The notes: a model not told the origin generated them from the sequence alone. Shown: positions 10,709 to 22,795, counted from the first letter of the stretch. The stretch: DNA of 64,000 nucleotides from an uncultured Chloroflexia bacterium (GCA_963835335.1 CAWIFB010000056.1:56635-120634); one strand, 5' to 3'. Program-made: numbers and translations.

Positions 10709-12742
10709 ATGACCCACCCGCTCGATGCCGCCCGGCCGATCGAGCCCGGCTCCACTCCGTTCCCGCGGCTGTTCTCACCGCTGCGCCTGGGCTCGCTGCA
10801 GGTCCGCAACCGGATCTTCTCGTCGGGCCACGACACGGTGATGGCCGAGCGGGGGCTGGTGTCCGATCGGCTGATCGCCTACCAGCAGGCGCGGGCCGCG
10901 GGCGGCGTGGGGCTCATCGTCGTCCAGGTGGCGGCCGTGCACCCGACAGCGGAGTACACGTCCCACGCCCTGGGCGCCTGGGACGACGCGTGCATACCCG
11001 GCTTCCGACGGCTGGCCGAGGTGGTCCACGCGGAGGGCGCGGGCATCATCGGCCAGATCTTCCACGGCGGCCGGGAGATCATGGACTCCGACGACGGCAC
11101 GCTGCCCGTCCCGCTGGCACCTTCCAGCGTCCCCAGCGAGCGATTCCACACGATGCCCCGCTCGATGCCGGTGCCCCTCATCCGCGAGATGGTCGACGGG
11201 TATGCGGCGTCCGCGGTCCGTCTCAGCGTGGCCGGGCTTGACGGCGTGGAGATCGTCGCGAGCCACGGCTACCTGCCGGCCCAGTTCCTCAGCCCGCGCG
11301 TGAACCTGCGCACCGATGCGTACGGGGGCTCGCTCGAGAACCGGCTCCGGTTCCTGCGCGAGGTCATCGCGGCGGTGCGCGCCGCGGTCGACGACGGCCT
11401 CGTCGTCGGGCTCCGCATCTCGATCGACGAACGCTCCGCCGAGGGCCTGCAGCGCGACGAGACCCTCGAGGCCCTGGCCACGCTCGATGCCGACGGCGGT
11501 CCCGACTATGTGAGCGTCGTCGCGGGCACGTCGGCGACCCTGGCGGGCTCGGATCACATCGTGCCGCCGATGACGATGGCCAACGCATACACGGCGCCGC
11601 TCGCGGCCGCGACGAAGGCCGTCGTGCGAGTGCCGGTCCTGGTCGCCGGGCGGGTCAACCAGCCACAGGAGGCGGAGCACATCCTGGAGCTCGGGCAGGC
11701 CGATGCGGTCGCGATGACGCGCGCGCTGATCTCGGATCCCCGGCTCCCGGCCAAGGCCGCGGCCGGCCGTCTGGACGAGATCCGGGCCTGCGTGGGCTGC
11801 AACCAGGCGTGCATCGGTCACTTCCACGCCGGCTATCCGATCTCCTGCATCCAGTACCCCGAGAGCGGACGGGAGCTGGAGTTCGGGGCTCGCATGTCGG
11901 TCGGGCCCGGCGCACGGAGGCGGGTGATGGTCGTCGGCGGCGGGCCGGCCGGCCTCAAGGCTGCCGCGGTCGCGGCGGAGCGCGGCCACGACGTCACACT
12001 CCACGAGGCGGGGCGCTGGGTCGGAGGCCAGGTGCTGCTGGCCCAGCTGCTGCCCGGCCGCGCCGAGTTCGGCGGCGTCGTCACGAACCTGCGCGGCGAG
12101 GCCGAGCGCGCCGGCGTGCGCATCATCACCGGCTCGCGCGTCGATGTCGCGGTGGTGGAGCGAGAGGCGCCCGACACGGTGATCGTCGCGACGGGCGCGC
12201 TGCCGTATCGTCCACCGCTCGAGCTCGCGAACGACCCGCTCGTGCTCGACGCCTGGCAGGTGATCCGGGGGACGGAGGTCCCGCCGGGCCGGGTCGTGGT
12301 GATCGACTGGCGGTGCGACTGGATCGGGCCCGGCGTGGCGCTGCTGCTGGCTGCGGCGGGCCACCCCGTGACCCTCGCGGTCAACGGCTACACGCCCGGG
12401 TTCCGAATCCAGCAGTACGTCCGCGACGCATCGATCGCCGCCCTCAACCGGGCCCGCGTGACGATCCTGCCGCTCACCCGGCCGTTCGGGTACGACGGGT
12501 CGGCGGTGTTCCTCCAGCACACGCTCACGGAGGACGCCGTGATCGTCGAGGACGTTGCGGCGCTCGTCCTCGCCCACGGGCACGTGCCGGAGTCGACGCT
12601 CCTCGACGCGCTTGCGGCACGCGCGGACCTGCGGTCGGCCGCGGGCCAGCCGATCGAGATCCACGGCATCGGGGACTGCCTGGCGCCGCGGACGGTCGAG
12701 GAGGCCGTGCTGGAGGGGCTGCGCGTCGCACACGCGATCTGA
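10709..12742 (+). CDS. NADH:flavin oxidoreductase (OYE barrel, Fe-S and FAD domains; FadH/TMADH-like)
   Basis: SHGYLPAQFLSP, RTDAYGGSLENRLRF, CVGCNQAC..C, VVGGGPAG. Confidence 0.92.
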   Translation: MTHPLDAARPIEPGSTPFPRLFSPLRLGSLQVRNRIFSSGHDTVMAERGLVSDRLIAYQQARAAGGVGLIVVQVAAVHPTAEYTSHALGAWDDACIPGFRRLAEVVHAEGAGIIGQIFHGGREIMDSDDGTLPVPLAPSSVPSERFHTMPRSMPVPLIREMVDGYAASAVRLSVAGLDGVEIVASHGYLPAQFLSPRVNLRTDAYGGSLENRLRFLREVIAAVRAAVDDGLVVGLRISIDERSAEGLQRDETLEALATLDADGGPDYVSVVAGTSATLAGSDHIVPPMTMANAYTAPLAAATKAVVRVPVLVAGRVNQPQEAEHILELGQADAVAMTRALISDPRLPAKAAAGRLDEIRACVGCNQACIGHFHAGYPISCIQYPESGRELEFGARMSVGPGARRRVMVVGGGPAGLKAAAVAAERGHDVTLHEAGRWVGGQVLLAQLLPGRAEFGGVVTNLRGEAERAGVRIITGSRVDVAVVEREAPDTVIVATGALPYRPPLELANDPLVLDAWQVIRGTEVPPGRVVVIDWRCDWIGPGVALLLAAAGHPVTLAVNGYTPGFRIQQYVRDASIAALNRARVTILPLTRPFGYDGSAVFLQHTLTEDAVIVEDVAALVLAHGHVPESTLLDALAARADLRSAAGQPIEIHGIGDCLAPRTVEEAVLEGLRVAHAI

Positions 12743-12795
12743 AGGCGACGACGAGGCCGGCGGGTCGGCTCCGGCCCACCGTCGACGGCCGGGAC

Positions 12796-13557
12796 TCAGC
12801 CCCGCGACGAGCCTCGCCCGACCCGGTCGAAGGTCACGCCGCGGTCCCGCAGCGAGATCCACGCGTCCTGGCCGATCACGACGTGGTCCAGCACGTCGAC
12901 GTCGAGCAGGCGGCCTGCCGCGATCGCCTCGGCCGTGAGGTGCAGGTCGTCGGGTGACGGCGTGGGGTCTCCGCTCGGGTGGTTGTGGACCAGGATCACG
13001 CCCGACGCGTCGAGCCGCACGGCGTCCCGGAACAGCTCGCCGACGCGCACCAGCGACGCCGATACGTTGCCGACGTAGACCGTGGACACGCGCTGGACGG
13101 CGTTCTTCGCGTTCAGGCTCAGCACGCGCAGCTCCTCGCGCTCCAGCCGGCCCATGTCCACCAGGAGACGGTCCGCAACGTCGCGCGGCGAGCGGATCGT
13201 CCAGCGCCCCGCGGGACGCTCCGCGATCGAGCGTCGCCCGAGCTCGAAGGCTGCCGCGAGGCGCGCCGCCTTGGCGGCGCCGATGCCGGGGATCACGGCG
13301 AGCTCGGTATCCGTCGCCCTGGCGAGCGCACCGACCGTGGCATGACGCGCGAGCGCCTCCTCGGCCAGCTCGACCGCGCTGCGCCCACCGGAGCCGGTCC
13401 CCCAGACCAGCGCGATCAGCTCTGCCGCCGACAGCCCGCCGGGCCCGCGCATGGCGAGCCGCTCGCGCGGACGCTCGGCGGCGGGCAGATCCCGCACCGA
13501 CCTGGACGTGGGTCGATGGGCCGGAGCGGCTGCCACCTGGACGTCGAGATCGGTCAC
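12796..13557 (-). CDS. radC: RadC family (HhH + JAB/MPN) protein
   Basis: ERPRERL, PGIGAAKAA, HNHPSGDPTPSPDD, LDHVVIG; GTG at 13557 after GAGAGG. Confidence 0.93.
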   Translation of the reverse strand: MTDLDVQVAAAPAHRPTSRSVRDLPAAERPRERLAMRGPGGLSAAELIALVWGTGSGGRSAVELAEEALARHATVGALARATDTELAVIPGIGAAKAARLAAAFELGRRSIAERPAGRWTIRSPRDVADRLLVDMGRLEREELRVLSLNAKNAVQRVSTVYVGNVSASLVRVGELFRDAVRLDASGVILVHNHPSGDPTPSPDDLHLTAEAIAAGRLLDVDVLDHVVIGQDAWISLRDRGVTFDRVGRGSSRG

Positions 13558-13812
13558 GGCCCACCTCTCATGGGGCGGCGAGCTTGGCTGGGGGACGAAG
13601 GCACCGGAGTCCCCGGATCCGGACAACGGAAGCCCGCCGATTTCCCCCGCCATCCGGACCCGGGAACGTGGCGCAGCCTATCCGGCGATGCTTACCGCCG
13701 GCTCATCGATGGCTTCGCCGCGAGTTAGTGAAGTTAGGCGGCGGCGGGAACCTGGCGGCCGTCAGCCGTGTCCCCCGGGGCAGCTGGTCACGCTGCTCAG
13801 ATGGAGCGTCGT

Positions 13813-14808
13813 TCAGCCGGCGGCGCCGCTGGCGAACAGGGCGATGACCTGCAGGGCGTTGAACGCAGCGTGGAGGCCGATCGCGGCATACACCGATCGC
13901 CGGGACAGGAACACCCAGCCGAGCGCGATCCCCACCGGAAGCAGCGCGATGAACGAGAACACTGCCCGCTGTGCACCCGTGCCGAACGAGACGTCGAACA
14001 GCGTGACGACGTGCGCGAGAGCGAAGAACACCGCGCCTCGGGCGATCGCCTGCCTGGCGCCCCAGACGCGCGCCCATGCAGTGGTCGCGAACCCGCGGAA
14101 GAACAGCTCCTCGCCGATCGGGGCCAGCACCGCAGCCGAGACCAGGTTGGCCGCGAGCCCAAGGGCATCGCCAGCCTGCGGCAGCGGGCTCGGTGCCGGC
14201 TCGAGGAACCCGGCGAGGAGTCCCCCCAGGAGGAGCGTGATCCCCAGCACCGGGACCGCGATCAGGGCACCGACGAGGAGGTCGCGCACGGCCTCGGCGG
14301 GCGGCAGGCGGAGCCCCATCTCGCTCCACGTGAGCGCGCCGGGTCCGACGACCAGCAGGCGGACCACGGCGACGTACATCAGCGTCGTGAGCACCAGCGA
14401 CACGGCGGTGGCAAGCGGCGAATCGGCGCTCACCCCGAGCGCCGTGAGCGGGGCGAGGACCACGACGATCGCCACCAGGGTGAGCGCGATCACGGCCATG
14501 AACGCGAGGACCGGTGCCGGCCCGCGATAGGCCAGGGTCTGGTCCCGCCCGCGCTCGACCGCCTGGGAGCCGGCGGCGGACACGAGCCCGACGGCCAGCA
14601 CCACGAGCCCGCCGAGGAACATCCACGGCGCGGCTCCGCTGCCGGACGCCAGGAATGACAGGGTCACGATCGCCAGGCCCATGACCGCCCCAAGCCAGCC
14701 GATCAGGTACAGGGCGGGGGCCGCGCGTCCCTCGAGGCTGAACGTCGAGCTGCCGGGGGCGGACGCGGCGGCGGGTGGTTCGGAGTGCGGCTCCGGCGGG
14801 TCCGTCAA
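13813..14808 (-). CDS. CPBP (CAAX/Abi) family intramembrane glutamic endopeptidase
   Basis: PIGEELFFRG, FALAH, HAAFN; TTG start overlaps the upstream stop. Confidence 0.88.
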   Translation of the reverse strand: MTDPPEPHSEPPAAASAPGSSTFSLEGRAAPALYLIGWLGAVMGLAIVTLSFLASGSGAAPWMFLGGLVVLAVGLVSAAGSQAVERGRDQTLAYRGPAPVLAFMAVIALTLVAIVVVLAPLTALGVSADSPLATAVSLVLTTLMYVAVVRLLVVGPGALTWSEMGLRLPPAEAVRDLLVGALIAVPVLGITLLLGGLLAGFLEPAPSPLPQAGDALGLAANLVSAAVLAPIGEELFFRGFATTAWARVWGARQAIARGAVFFALAHVVTLFDVSFGTGAQRAVFSFIALLPVGIALGWVFLSRRSVYAAIGLHAAFNALQVIALFASGAAG

Positions 14809-15470
14809 GGTTCCGAGATCGGCCCCTGGGCCTTGCTCGGCGGCGCCACAGAGCGCGGCGGAGCCACAGAGCGCGGCGTCTGGCGCAGCGCGGCGGACCG
14901 CGTCGGCGGGCGCAGTGGCGCGCGGCTGGTCGCCTCGAGACGATCGGGCTCGGCCAGGCCGCCGGTGATGGGTTCGAGCGCTGCGAGATCGCCGCGCTCG
15001 AAGTCGCGCCCGCACCAGGCGCACAGCGACCAGTCGAGACCGACCAGCCGGCCGCAGTTGGCGCACACACGGTTGAGGCGCGTGCGACAGGTCGGGCAGA
15101 TGATCCATTCCTCGTGGACGCGGCGTGCGCAGGTGGGACAGGTGCGGATCGTCTCCACCTCCGCCAGCAGCGCCTCCTCGGCGAGGTTGCGCTCGTAGAT
15201 CTCGCCGATCTTCTCCTGGGGTCGCAGGATCCGGTACACGACGATCCCGAACGGGAACAGGATCGGCGTGAACAGCACGATCAACGCCGCCGACACGTAG
15301 GGCATCACGGGGTTGTCGGTCCGCAGCTGCATGTCCCGGAACGCCCAGTACGCGGCTGCCAGCCACAGGATCACGAAATAGACGACGATCGCCTGGAACG
15401 TGAGCTGGACGATCGGGTTGTCCAGGAACCCGCCGATCGTGTCACCGATCGTGTTGAGGATCTCTTCCAT
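14805..15470 (-). CDS. Membrane protein with double zinc ribbon
   Basis: Two TM helices, then CPTC..CPTC..CANC..CAWC. Confidence 0.85.
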   Translation of the reverse strand: MEEILNTIGDTIGGFLDNPIVQLTFQAIVVYFVILWLAAAYWAFRDMQLRTDNPVMPYVSAALIVLFTPILFPFGIVVYRILRPQEKIGEIYERNLAEEALLAEVETIRTCPTCARRVHEEWIICPTCRTRLNRVCANCGRLVGLDWSLCAWCGRDFERGDLAALEPITGGLAEPDRLEATSRAPLRPPTRSAALRQTPRSVAPPRSVAPPSKAQGPISEP

Positions 15471-15584
15471 GCGGCGGCGTGGGGCCTCCCAGCGGGCGCA
15501 GAGCGCGCCCAAAGGCACGCGGCGTTCGGCAGTGTAACAGGGGTCGCCCCGGGTTCCCGGGCGCTGGCATCCGCGCGCTGGCGC

Positions 15585-16583
15585 TCAGACGCGGGGGCCG
15601 GTGTCCTCGTGACGGAGGCGGGCGGTCGCGAAGGTCCAGGCCGCGGCCCGTGCCGCCACGGCAACCCCGACCAGGACCAGGCCGCCGAGCCACAGCGTGA
15701 CCCAGAGGACCACTGCTGCGAGCGCGTTGCGCGGGTCGGCGCCACCCAGCATGAGGTCCCGCACGCGCGACCAGCCGGTCCCGGACGCCAGGAGCGCCGG
15801 GCCGAGGAGCAGCACCATGGCCACGAGGCCCACGAGAGCGGTGGCCAGCGTCCGGACCGGGCGGCGCACCACGTCAGCCCAACCGAGCAGCCATGCGCGG
15901 GCGATCGATCGGCGGTTGAGGACGAGGTGGCGCACGGCGATCGCGGCGGCAGCGTCGGACACGAGCCAGACGGCGCCGACGCCGGCGAGCAGGCCCGGGA
16001 CCGCACGCACGACACGCAGCGGCAGCGGCGTGACCAGATCCTCCGGCAGGATCAGCTCGTGGTACGCCGCCTCGTACACCGGGCCCCAGGCGAGGGCGAA
16101 GGCAACGAGGACCGGCACCAGCGCCAGCAGCCGGATCACCGTGATCCGCCCGACCCCGGGGGCGCCGGCGAGGTCGGCGCCTTCCATCGTCAGGCCCTCG
16201 GCCGCCGCGGCCTCGAGCGCGACCTGGATCCCCTGCCGCTCCGCCCACGCGCCGACGGCACACGAGACGATGACGATCCCGACGCCCGCCAGGACGGCAG
16301 CGACGACGACCAGCACCAGCTCTGCCGACGGCGTTCCGAGCACGAGCCGGTTTGCCGGCCCGCCGAGGTCGTTCTGCAGGCCGGTGGGCGTCGGCAGCAC
16401 GAGGATGGGCCACGCGACGAGGACGATGCCGCCACCGGCAAGAAACCCGAGCAGCCCGAAGGCCCAGGCGGCGGGCCGGATGAGCGTGGTGACGAACGCC
16501 GACGTGATGGCCGTCCGCCACGGCAGTCGTGCTCGAGCCGGCATCAGGCCCGCGCGCGGCTCCGTCACGGCGCCCCGGATCAC
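15585..16583 (-). CDS. Hypothetical multi-TM membrane protein
   Basis: Strongly hydrophobic ORF whose start overlaps the UPF0182 stop. Confidence 0.7.
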   Translation of the reverse strand: MIRGAVTEPRAGLMPARARLPWRTAITSAFVTTLIRPAAWAFGLLGFLAGGGIVLVAWPILVLPTPTGLQNDLGGPANRLVLGTPSAELVLVVVAAVLAGVGIVIVSCAVGAWAERQGIQVALEAAAAEGLTMEGADLAGAPGVGRITVIRLLALVPVLVAFALAWGPVYEAAYHELILPEDLVTPLPLRVVRAVPGLLAGVGAVWLVSDAAAAIAVRHLVLNRRSIARAWLLGWADVVRRPVRTLATALVGLVAMVLLLGPALLASGTGWSRVRDLMLGGADPRNALAAVVLWVTLWLGGLVLVGVAVAARAAAWTFATARLRHEDTGPRV

Positions 16584-19500
16584 GGTTGCTGGCTGGCTCC
16601 CGGCGAACCGGTCAGCTGGCCCAGCCGCTGGAGCGCGTCCTGGACGTGCGCGATCTCCGTGCCGTACGTCGCGAAGTCGCCGTCACGCAGGGCCTGCTGG
16701 GCCAGCTCGAAGTGCTGGTTGGCGTACGCGACAAGACCGTCGACATCGGATGGCAGCTCGCTGCCGGGCGGCAGGGTGGGGCTCGGCGTTGCCGATGCAC
16801 CCGGCGTCGGTGTCGGCCCCGGCGTGGGGGACGTGCCCGGGCTCCCTCCCTGGGCCGCGAGCAGCTGCTTGAGGGCGTCACTCAGGGTGTCACCCCAGAC
16901 GATCGTGGTCGGGCTGCCGACGACGATCTTGCGGAACTCCGGGAACTTGGCCGAGGTCGACTGGAGGTACACGGGCTGGAGGTAGACCAGCGAGTCCCCC
17001 ACCGGCACGACGATCAGGTTGCCGCGGATGACCCGGCTCCCGCTCTGGTTCCACAGCGTGATCTGGCCACTGATCGTGGAGTCCTGGTCGATCCGGGCCT
17101 CGATCTGCGCCGGCCCGAAGATGGTCGTGTCGGCCGGGAACTGGAACACGCTCACCTTTCCGTAGTTGGGCGCGTCATTGCGGGCCGCGACCCAGCTGAT
17201 CATGTTTGGCCGGCTGGCGGCGATCATCGGCTGGATCAGCAGGAACTCCGCTGCGTTCTCGCCCGGCAGCCGCATCACCACGTAGTACGCCTCGGTCGCG
17301 AGGCTCTGCTCGTTCGTCTGCGCATCGGGCACGGTCCAGCGGTCGTTGTTCGAGAAGAACACCAGCGGCTGGGTCACGTGGTAGCGCCCGAACATCCGCG
17401 TCTGGACGTTGAACAGCTCCTCGGGCACCCGCAGGTGCGCAGCGATCCCGGCCGGCATCTGGTCCATGCCGGTGAACAGGCTCGGGAAGATCCCCTGCCA
17501 GGCGCGGATCAGGGGATCGGTCGGATCGGCCACGTACAGGTGCATCGTGCCGTCGTACGCGTCCATCGTGATCTTGACGCTGTTGCGGATGTAGTTGAAC
17601 TCGCCGCCGCCGAGGCCGGTGGGCCCGCCGAGGTCCGCGGGGTTGAACCAGGTGGCGTGCGGAAACCGGTCACTGACCGTGTACGCGTCCTGCACGTACA
17701 CGAGGCGCCCGGTCACGTCGTCGACGACCAGGTACGGGTCCTTGTCGTAGCGCAGGAAGGGGGCGATCATCCCCAGCCGTTCGCTGAGCGTGCGGTGGAA
17801 CAGGAGCTGGCTGTCCGCCTGGATCTGATCCGAGATCAGGAGGTCTAGGTCGCGGAACCGGAGCGCGTACAGCAGCCGGGTGAGCGTCGAATCGAGCTTG
17901 ATCCCCGAATCGCCCGTCCAGGTCGTCTTCTCGTCGCTGCTGCCTGCGCTCGTGTCGAGCGGGTAGTCGAACTCCGCCTGGCGCGCTCGCACGATGACGT
18001 AGTGATCGTCGCCCTCGCCGAAGTAGATCCGCGGCTGCGTCACGGTCGGCGCATCGTTGCTCGAGACGGGCGGCAGGTCGCGGATCCACAGGCGCGGCTG
18101 TCCCTCCGGGGTGACCTCGTTGACCGGCACCATGGCCAGGCCCACGCCGTGGGTGTAGATGATCCGCTCGTTGACCCAGCTGGTCGCCGCCGGGTTCTTC
18201 TGGATCGCGAGCTCGCGCGCCGAGAGCATCACCTGGCGCAGCTTGCCGTTGATCATGTAGCGGTCGGTGTCGACGTCGATGAAGTCGTAGTACTGGCGCA
18301 CCGTCTGCAGCTGGTCGAGCGTGGCCTGAAGGGGCCGGTAGTCCCACAGGCGGGCGTTCGTGAACGTGTCTGCCTCGCTGTCGATCGCAGCCTGCGTCAG
18401 TGGCTGGTCGCCGCTGTACGGCTGCGACGTCCATTCGTCGATCCCGAACGCGAGCCGGGTCATCGCGATGTTGTTCGCGATGTACTGCTCCTCCTGGGCG
18501 TAGGTGTTGGGATCGACGGTGAACCGCTGGATCGCCTCCGGATACAGCCGCCCGAGCACGATCGAGGCGCTGAACCAGACGATGACGATCAGGCCCAGCG
18601 GCCACAGCCAGCGGGTGAACGCCCCGGCGATCAGGAGGGCGCCGGCAAGGCCCGACAGGAACGTGAGCACGTCGTAGGCCAGGAACCGGGCGTTGGCGTC
18701 CGTGAACGAGACACCGATCGAGACGCCGGATCCGCTGTACACGAGCTCGTACTTGTCGAGCTGGTAGCCGAACGCCACCGACAGCAGGTACAACCCTGCG
18801 AGCACGGCGAGGTGGACGCGGACGCGCGTGATGAACACCTCGCCGCCACGTGACGCGGCAACCAGGTACCGCGCGCCGGCGACGGCGAGCGATGCCAGCA
18901 GCAGCCCGTTGACCAGCGTCTGGGCCAGCCGGAAGAACGGCAGCTCGAACAGGAAGAAGCTGATGTCCTTGCCGAACACCGGGTCCGTGACCGTCGACGA
19001 GGGCGAGAACGGCACGCGGTTGGCCCACAGCAGGATCGTGTCCCAGGCACCCGAGACCGTCCCGGCCACACCCAGCGCAAGGAGGATCGCGAACCCGGCG
19101 ATCACCCAGCGCCCGAGCGGGACGATATCGGGCAGGTCCTCGGGCTCGAACACGAACGTGCCTTCGTCCCGCACGCCGGTGCCGCCGCCCAGCGGGCCAC
19201 CGAACGGACCGCGGAGCTGGCCGCTCGCCCTGGCGCTTCGTTCCGCCTGACGCTGCGCCTCGCCGAGACGGCTGGCGATCGCGCGGAGGCGGCCGGGGCG
19301 CTCCGGGTCCGGGGGCGGCGCGAGGCGGCCGGCCACGAACAGGTTGCCGAGCAGGACCACGAGCGCGAGCGACAAGGGCGGCGGCGAACAGGCCGGCCTG
19401 CGCCCCGAGGCGGGTCCAGAACACGGCGTCGAACCCGACGCTCTTGTACCAGATGGCATCGGTCCAGATGTCGACCGTGGTGCCGGCGAGGATGACGATG

Positions 19501-19886
19501 AACAGGACCACGGCGATGACGAGGGCGACGCCCATCCGACGCAGGACCCCGCCGATCGAGGGGGGCCGCGCCCCGTCCTTGGGACCGCCGACCGGGCGCG
19601 GCGGTCGCGGGGATCGTGGCGGTCCGCCCGCGCGCCGCCGACGCCGGCGGAGCGGGATGGGCTCGTGGCTGGTTTGGTCGTCCGACTCGGTGGGTGCCTG
19701 GCCGTCGGACTCGCCCGCCGCGTCGGAGTCCGCGACCTCGTCGTCGTGGCCGTCCTCGTCCTCGTCCGATTCCCCGTTCCCGTCCGAGGGCTGCTCGTCA
19801 TCGCCGCGCGACCGTGGCGATCGGCCCTCGGCCTCTGCGCGCCGGCGCTCCAGCTCGCGCATGAACTCATCGAACAGGTCTGTCAT
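16580..19886 (-). CDS. UPF0182 family membrane protein (apparent frameshift near 19375)
   Basis: N-terminus MTDLFDEF..WTDAIWYKSVGF in one frame; DPVFGKDISFFLFELP, NARLWD, YTHG, NYIRNSVK, GNLIVVP in the other. Confidence 0.9.
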
Positions 19887-19965
19887 CCCGGATGAGTCTA
19901 TGTGACTCCGGCGTTCCCGGCGAACGAGGCGAGCCATCGTCGTGACGGCCGCCGCCGGGATCTGA

Positions 19966-20424
19966 TCAGGGGCGGGACAGCGACTCGACCGATCGCCGGA
20001 ATCCGGCCAGGACCTGCTCGGCGAGCTGGTTGGGCCGGAGGGTTGCCAGCAGTGCCGGCTCCCAGCGGAATGCCGCCCGGACCGCCAGCGGCGCGCGCCA
20101 CGGCCGGGCGTCGTCGTCGGGCGGAACGAGTGGTGCGAGCTTGATGGCCAGCCGTCCGTCCTCCTCGCGGATCATCCCGGACAGGGACCCGGCGAACAAC
20201 GGACCAAGGCGCAGGAGGGGAGGTTCGGGTGGCGGACCCGCGACCGGGCCAACCTCGCGGAAGCTCACGACGCCGTCGTCATCGGCAACCCACAGGACGG
20301 CGAGCCACCAGTCGTCGGGGCCGTCGACCGGCTTCGCCATCCCAGCCTGCAGGCGTCGCTCGCCGACGCGCACGATCTGCTCGCGCAGGAACGACGGACC
20401 CGGATGCGGCAGTCGGTCTGGCAC
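19966..20424 (-). CDS. Hypothetical protein
   Basis: Globular-looking translation from GTG 20424, 7 nt after TATCCT. Confidence 0.65.
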   Translation of the reverse strand: MPDRLPHPGPSFLREQIVRVGERRLQAGMAKPVDGPDDWWLAVLWVADDDGVVSFREVGPVAGPPPEPPLLRLGPLFAGSLSGMIREEDGRLAIKLAPLVPPDDDARPWRAPLAVRAAFRWEPALLATLRPNQLAEQVLAGFRRSVESLSRP

Positions 20425-20452
20425 GCGGCCGAGGATACCCGGCGAGCCCGCG

Positions 20453-20974
20453 TCAGGCGCCGGGCGTGTCTCCCGGAGCGGGTGGTGCGGCGGGCACCTC
20501 GATCTTGTCGGCGCTGGCGGCCGGGGCCACATCGTCGGCGTCGGCCTGTGCCGCGGCATCGACGGCGTTGAGCTCCGCGAGCGGAATGCCCCGATGGGCC
20601 AGCGCATCCGACTTGAGCGCGATGGCCTCGGCCTCGAGGTCTGCCCGCTCCGCATCGATCTGGAGGCGAAGCATCTCGCGTCGCACCGCGTCCGACGGTG
20701 GCGCGACCGACGACGGGTCCACCGGACGATCCTCGTCGGGCGGCATGTCGCCGCTGAGGAAGGACAGGATCCGGTTCCGAGGTCGAGCGGATCCGGAGCG
20801 GGCTCCGATGATGGCCTCCGGATCGAGCGCGGTCACGCCGGGAAGCTCGGGCTCGGTTCCCGTCGCGCTCGTGAGCGCCGCTCCGCAGGAGGGGCAGCGC
20901 TCGACGTCAGGGGCGGGAAGCTTGGCCGAGCACCACTGGCAGGTGGTGACCGGACCGCTCGTCTGATCGGCCAT
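20453..20974 (-). CDS. Hypothetical protein with N-terminal zinc ribbon
   Basis: CQWC..CPSC; TACAGT 6 nt upstream of ATG. Confidence 0.7.
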   Translation of the reverse strand: MADQTSGPVTTCQWCSAKLPAPDVERCPSCGAALTSATGTEPELPGVTALDPEAIIGARSGSARPRNRILSFLSGDMPPDEDRPVDPSSVAPPSDAVRREMLRLQIDAERADLEAEAIALKSDALAHRGIPLAELNAVDAAAQADADDVAPAASADKIEVPAAPPAPGDTPGA

Positions 20975-21028
20975 GTGCGCACTGTAGCCCACCGGGGAAG
21001 TACCGATATCCCCCGTTCAGGCTATCCA

Positions 21029-22795
21029 TTACTCCCACTCGATCGTGGCCGGCGGCTTGCTGCTGATGTCGTACACGACACGGTTGACGCCGGGGACCTC
21101 GTTGACGATCCGGGACGAGATCCGGCCAAGCACGTCGTAGGGCAGCTTGGCCCAGTCGGCCGTCATGCCGTCCTCCGATGTGACGGCCCGGATCGCGACG
21201 ACGTTCGCGTACGTCCGTCCATCGCCCATGACGCCGACCGACCGGACCGGGGTCAGGATCGCGAACGACTGCCAGACGTTGCGATACAGGCCGGCCGCCT
21301 TGATCTCGTCGATCACGATCCAGTCGGCATCACGCAGCGTGTCCAGCCGCTCCGCGGTGACCTCGCCGATGATCCGGATCGCGAGACCCGGACCCGGGAA
21401 CGGCTGGCGATGGACCATTGCATCCGGCAGGCCGAGCTCCAGGCCAACCAGCCGCACCTCGTCCTTGAACAGGTAGCGCAACGGCTCGATGAGCTGGAAC
21501 CGCAGGTCCGCCGGCAGGCCGCCGACGTTGTGGTGGGTCTTGATCTTCTGGGCGGTCTTGGTCTCGGGCGTCGTGGACTCGATCACGTCCGGGTACAGCG
21601 TGCCCTGGGTGAGGAAGTCGATCCGGCCCAGCTTGGCGGCCTCCTCCTCGAACACCCGGATGAACTCGCTGCCGATGATCCGCCGCTTCTGCTCCGGGTC
21701 CGTGACGCCCGCGAGCCGGGCGAGGAACCGCTCCCGGGCATCGACCATGACCAGGCGCATGCCGAGGTTCGCCTCGAAGGTGGCGCGCAGGAGCTCCGAC
21801 TCCTTCTTGCGCATCAGGCCGTGGTCGACGTAGATGCAGGTCAGCCGGTCGCCGACCGCCCGGTGGACGAGCGCGGCCGCGACAGCGGAATCGACGCCGC
21901 CCGACAGGGCACAGATGACCTGGCCCTGGGAGCCCGTCTCGTGCGCGTGCCGGTCGACCCGATCGCGGATCGCGGCGATCGTGGTCTCGGCGAAGTTGGC
22001 CGGCGTCCAGCTCGGCTCGACGCCGGCAATCCCCGTGACGAAGTTGCGCAGGACGTCGCGTCCCCGGGGGGTGTGGACGACCTCCGGGTGGAACTGGATG
22101 CCGTACAGGTTCCGATCCGGGGCGGCGAGCCCCGCGAAGGGCGTCGAATCGGTCTGCGCCGTGGCGTGGAACCCCTCGGGCAGCCGGGTGATCGAATCGC
22201 CGTGGCTCATCCAGACCGGCTGCTCGCGATCGATGCCGGTGAACAGCCCGTCATCGCGGGTGAGCTGCACGGTGGCCGGTCCGTACTCGCGCCGGGTCGC
22301 CGGGAGCACGTCCCCGCCCAGCTCCAGCGCCATCAGCTGGGCGCCGTAGCAGATGCCCAGCACCGGGATCCGCCCGCTCCAGATCGAGGCGTGTGCCTTG
22401 GGGGCGCCATCGTCATAGACCGAGTTGGGACCACCGGACAGGATGATCGCGCGCACGCCGCGCCGCTCCAGCTCGGCGAGGGGCGTGTCGTGGGGCAGCA
22501 GCTCCGAGTACACGTGGAGCTCGCGGACCCGTCGCGCGATCAGCTGGGCGAACTGGCTGCCGAAGTCGAGGACGGCCACGCTGCCCGGCTCCGGGATGGC
22601 CGTGGGCGGGGGGCGGTCCTCCGGCGTGCGGGCGGGCGCGGGGGCGTCGAGCGCGACCTCCAGGTAGGCCTCGACCTCCGCGTCATCCGGCGCGAGTACC
22701 CGGTGACCGGCATTCGCGGGCTCCCCATGGACCGTCTTGCCGCGCCGCTCGGCGTCCTCGGCGACGGGCTGCGATGGCTCCTCCGGCTCGGCCAA
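21029..22795 (-). CDS. guaA: GMP synthase (glutamine-hydrolysing)
   Basis: [42 protein letters not shown]; TTG start after GGGAGG, with an acidic N-terminal extension. Confidence 0.97.
   Translation of the reverse strand: MAEPEEPSQPVAEDAERRGKTVHGEPANAGHRVLAPDDAEVEAYLEVALDAPAPARTPEDRPPPTAIPEPGSVAVLDFGSQFAQLIARRVRELHVYSELLPHDTPLAELERRGVRAIILSGGPNSVYDDGAPKAHASIWSGRIPVLGICYGAQLMALELGGDVLPATRREYGPATVQLTRDDGLFTGIDREQPVWMSHGDSITRLPEGFHATAQTDSTPFAGLAAPDRNLYGIQFHPEVVHTPRGRDVLRNFVTGIAGVEPSWTPANFAETTIAAIRDRVDRHAHETGSQGQVICALSGGVDSAVAAALVHRAVGDRLTCIYVDHGLMRKKESELLRATFEANLGMRLVMVDARERFLARLAGVTDPEQKRRIIGSEFIRVFEEEAAKLGRIDFLTQGTLYPDVIESTTPETKTAQKIKTHHNVGGLPADLRFQLIEPLRYLFKDEVRLVGLELGLPDAMVHRQPFPGPGLAIRIIGEVTAERLDTLRDADWIVIDEIKAAGLYRNVWQSFAILTPVRSVGVMGDGRTYANVVAIRAVTSEDGMTADWAKLPYDVLGRISSRIVNEVPGVNRVVYDISSKPPATIEWE

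Noticed and set aside
12796-13557. radC as a marker of a mobile or anti-restriction element
   Set aside because: It is the full-length chromosomal type with the HhH N-terminus, and no mobile genes are nearby.
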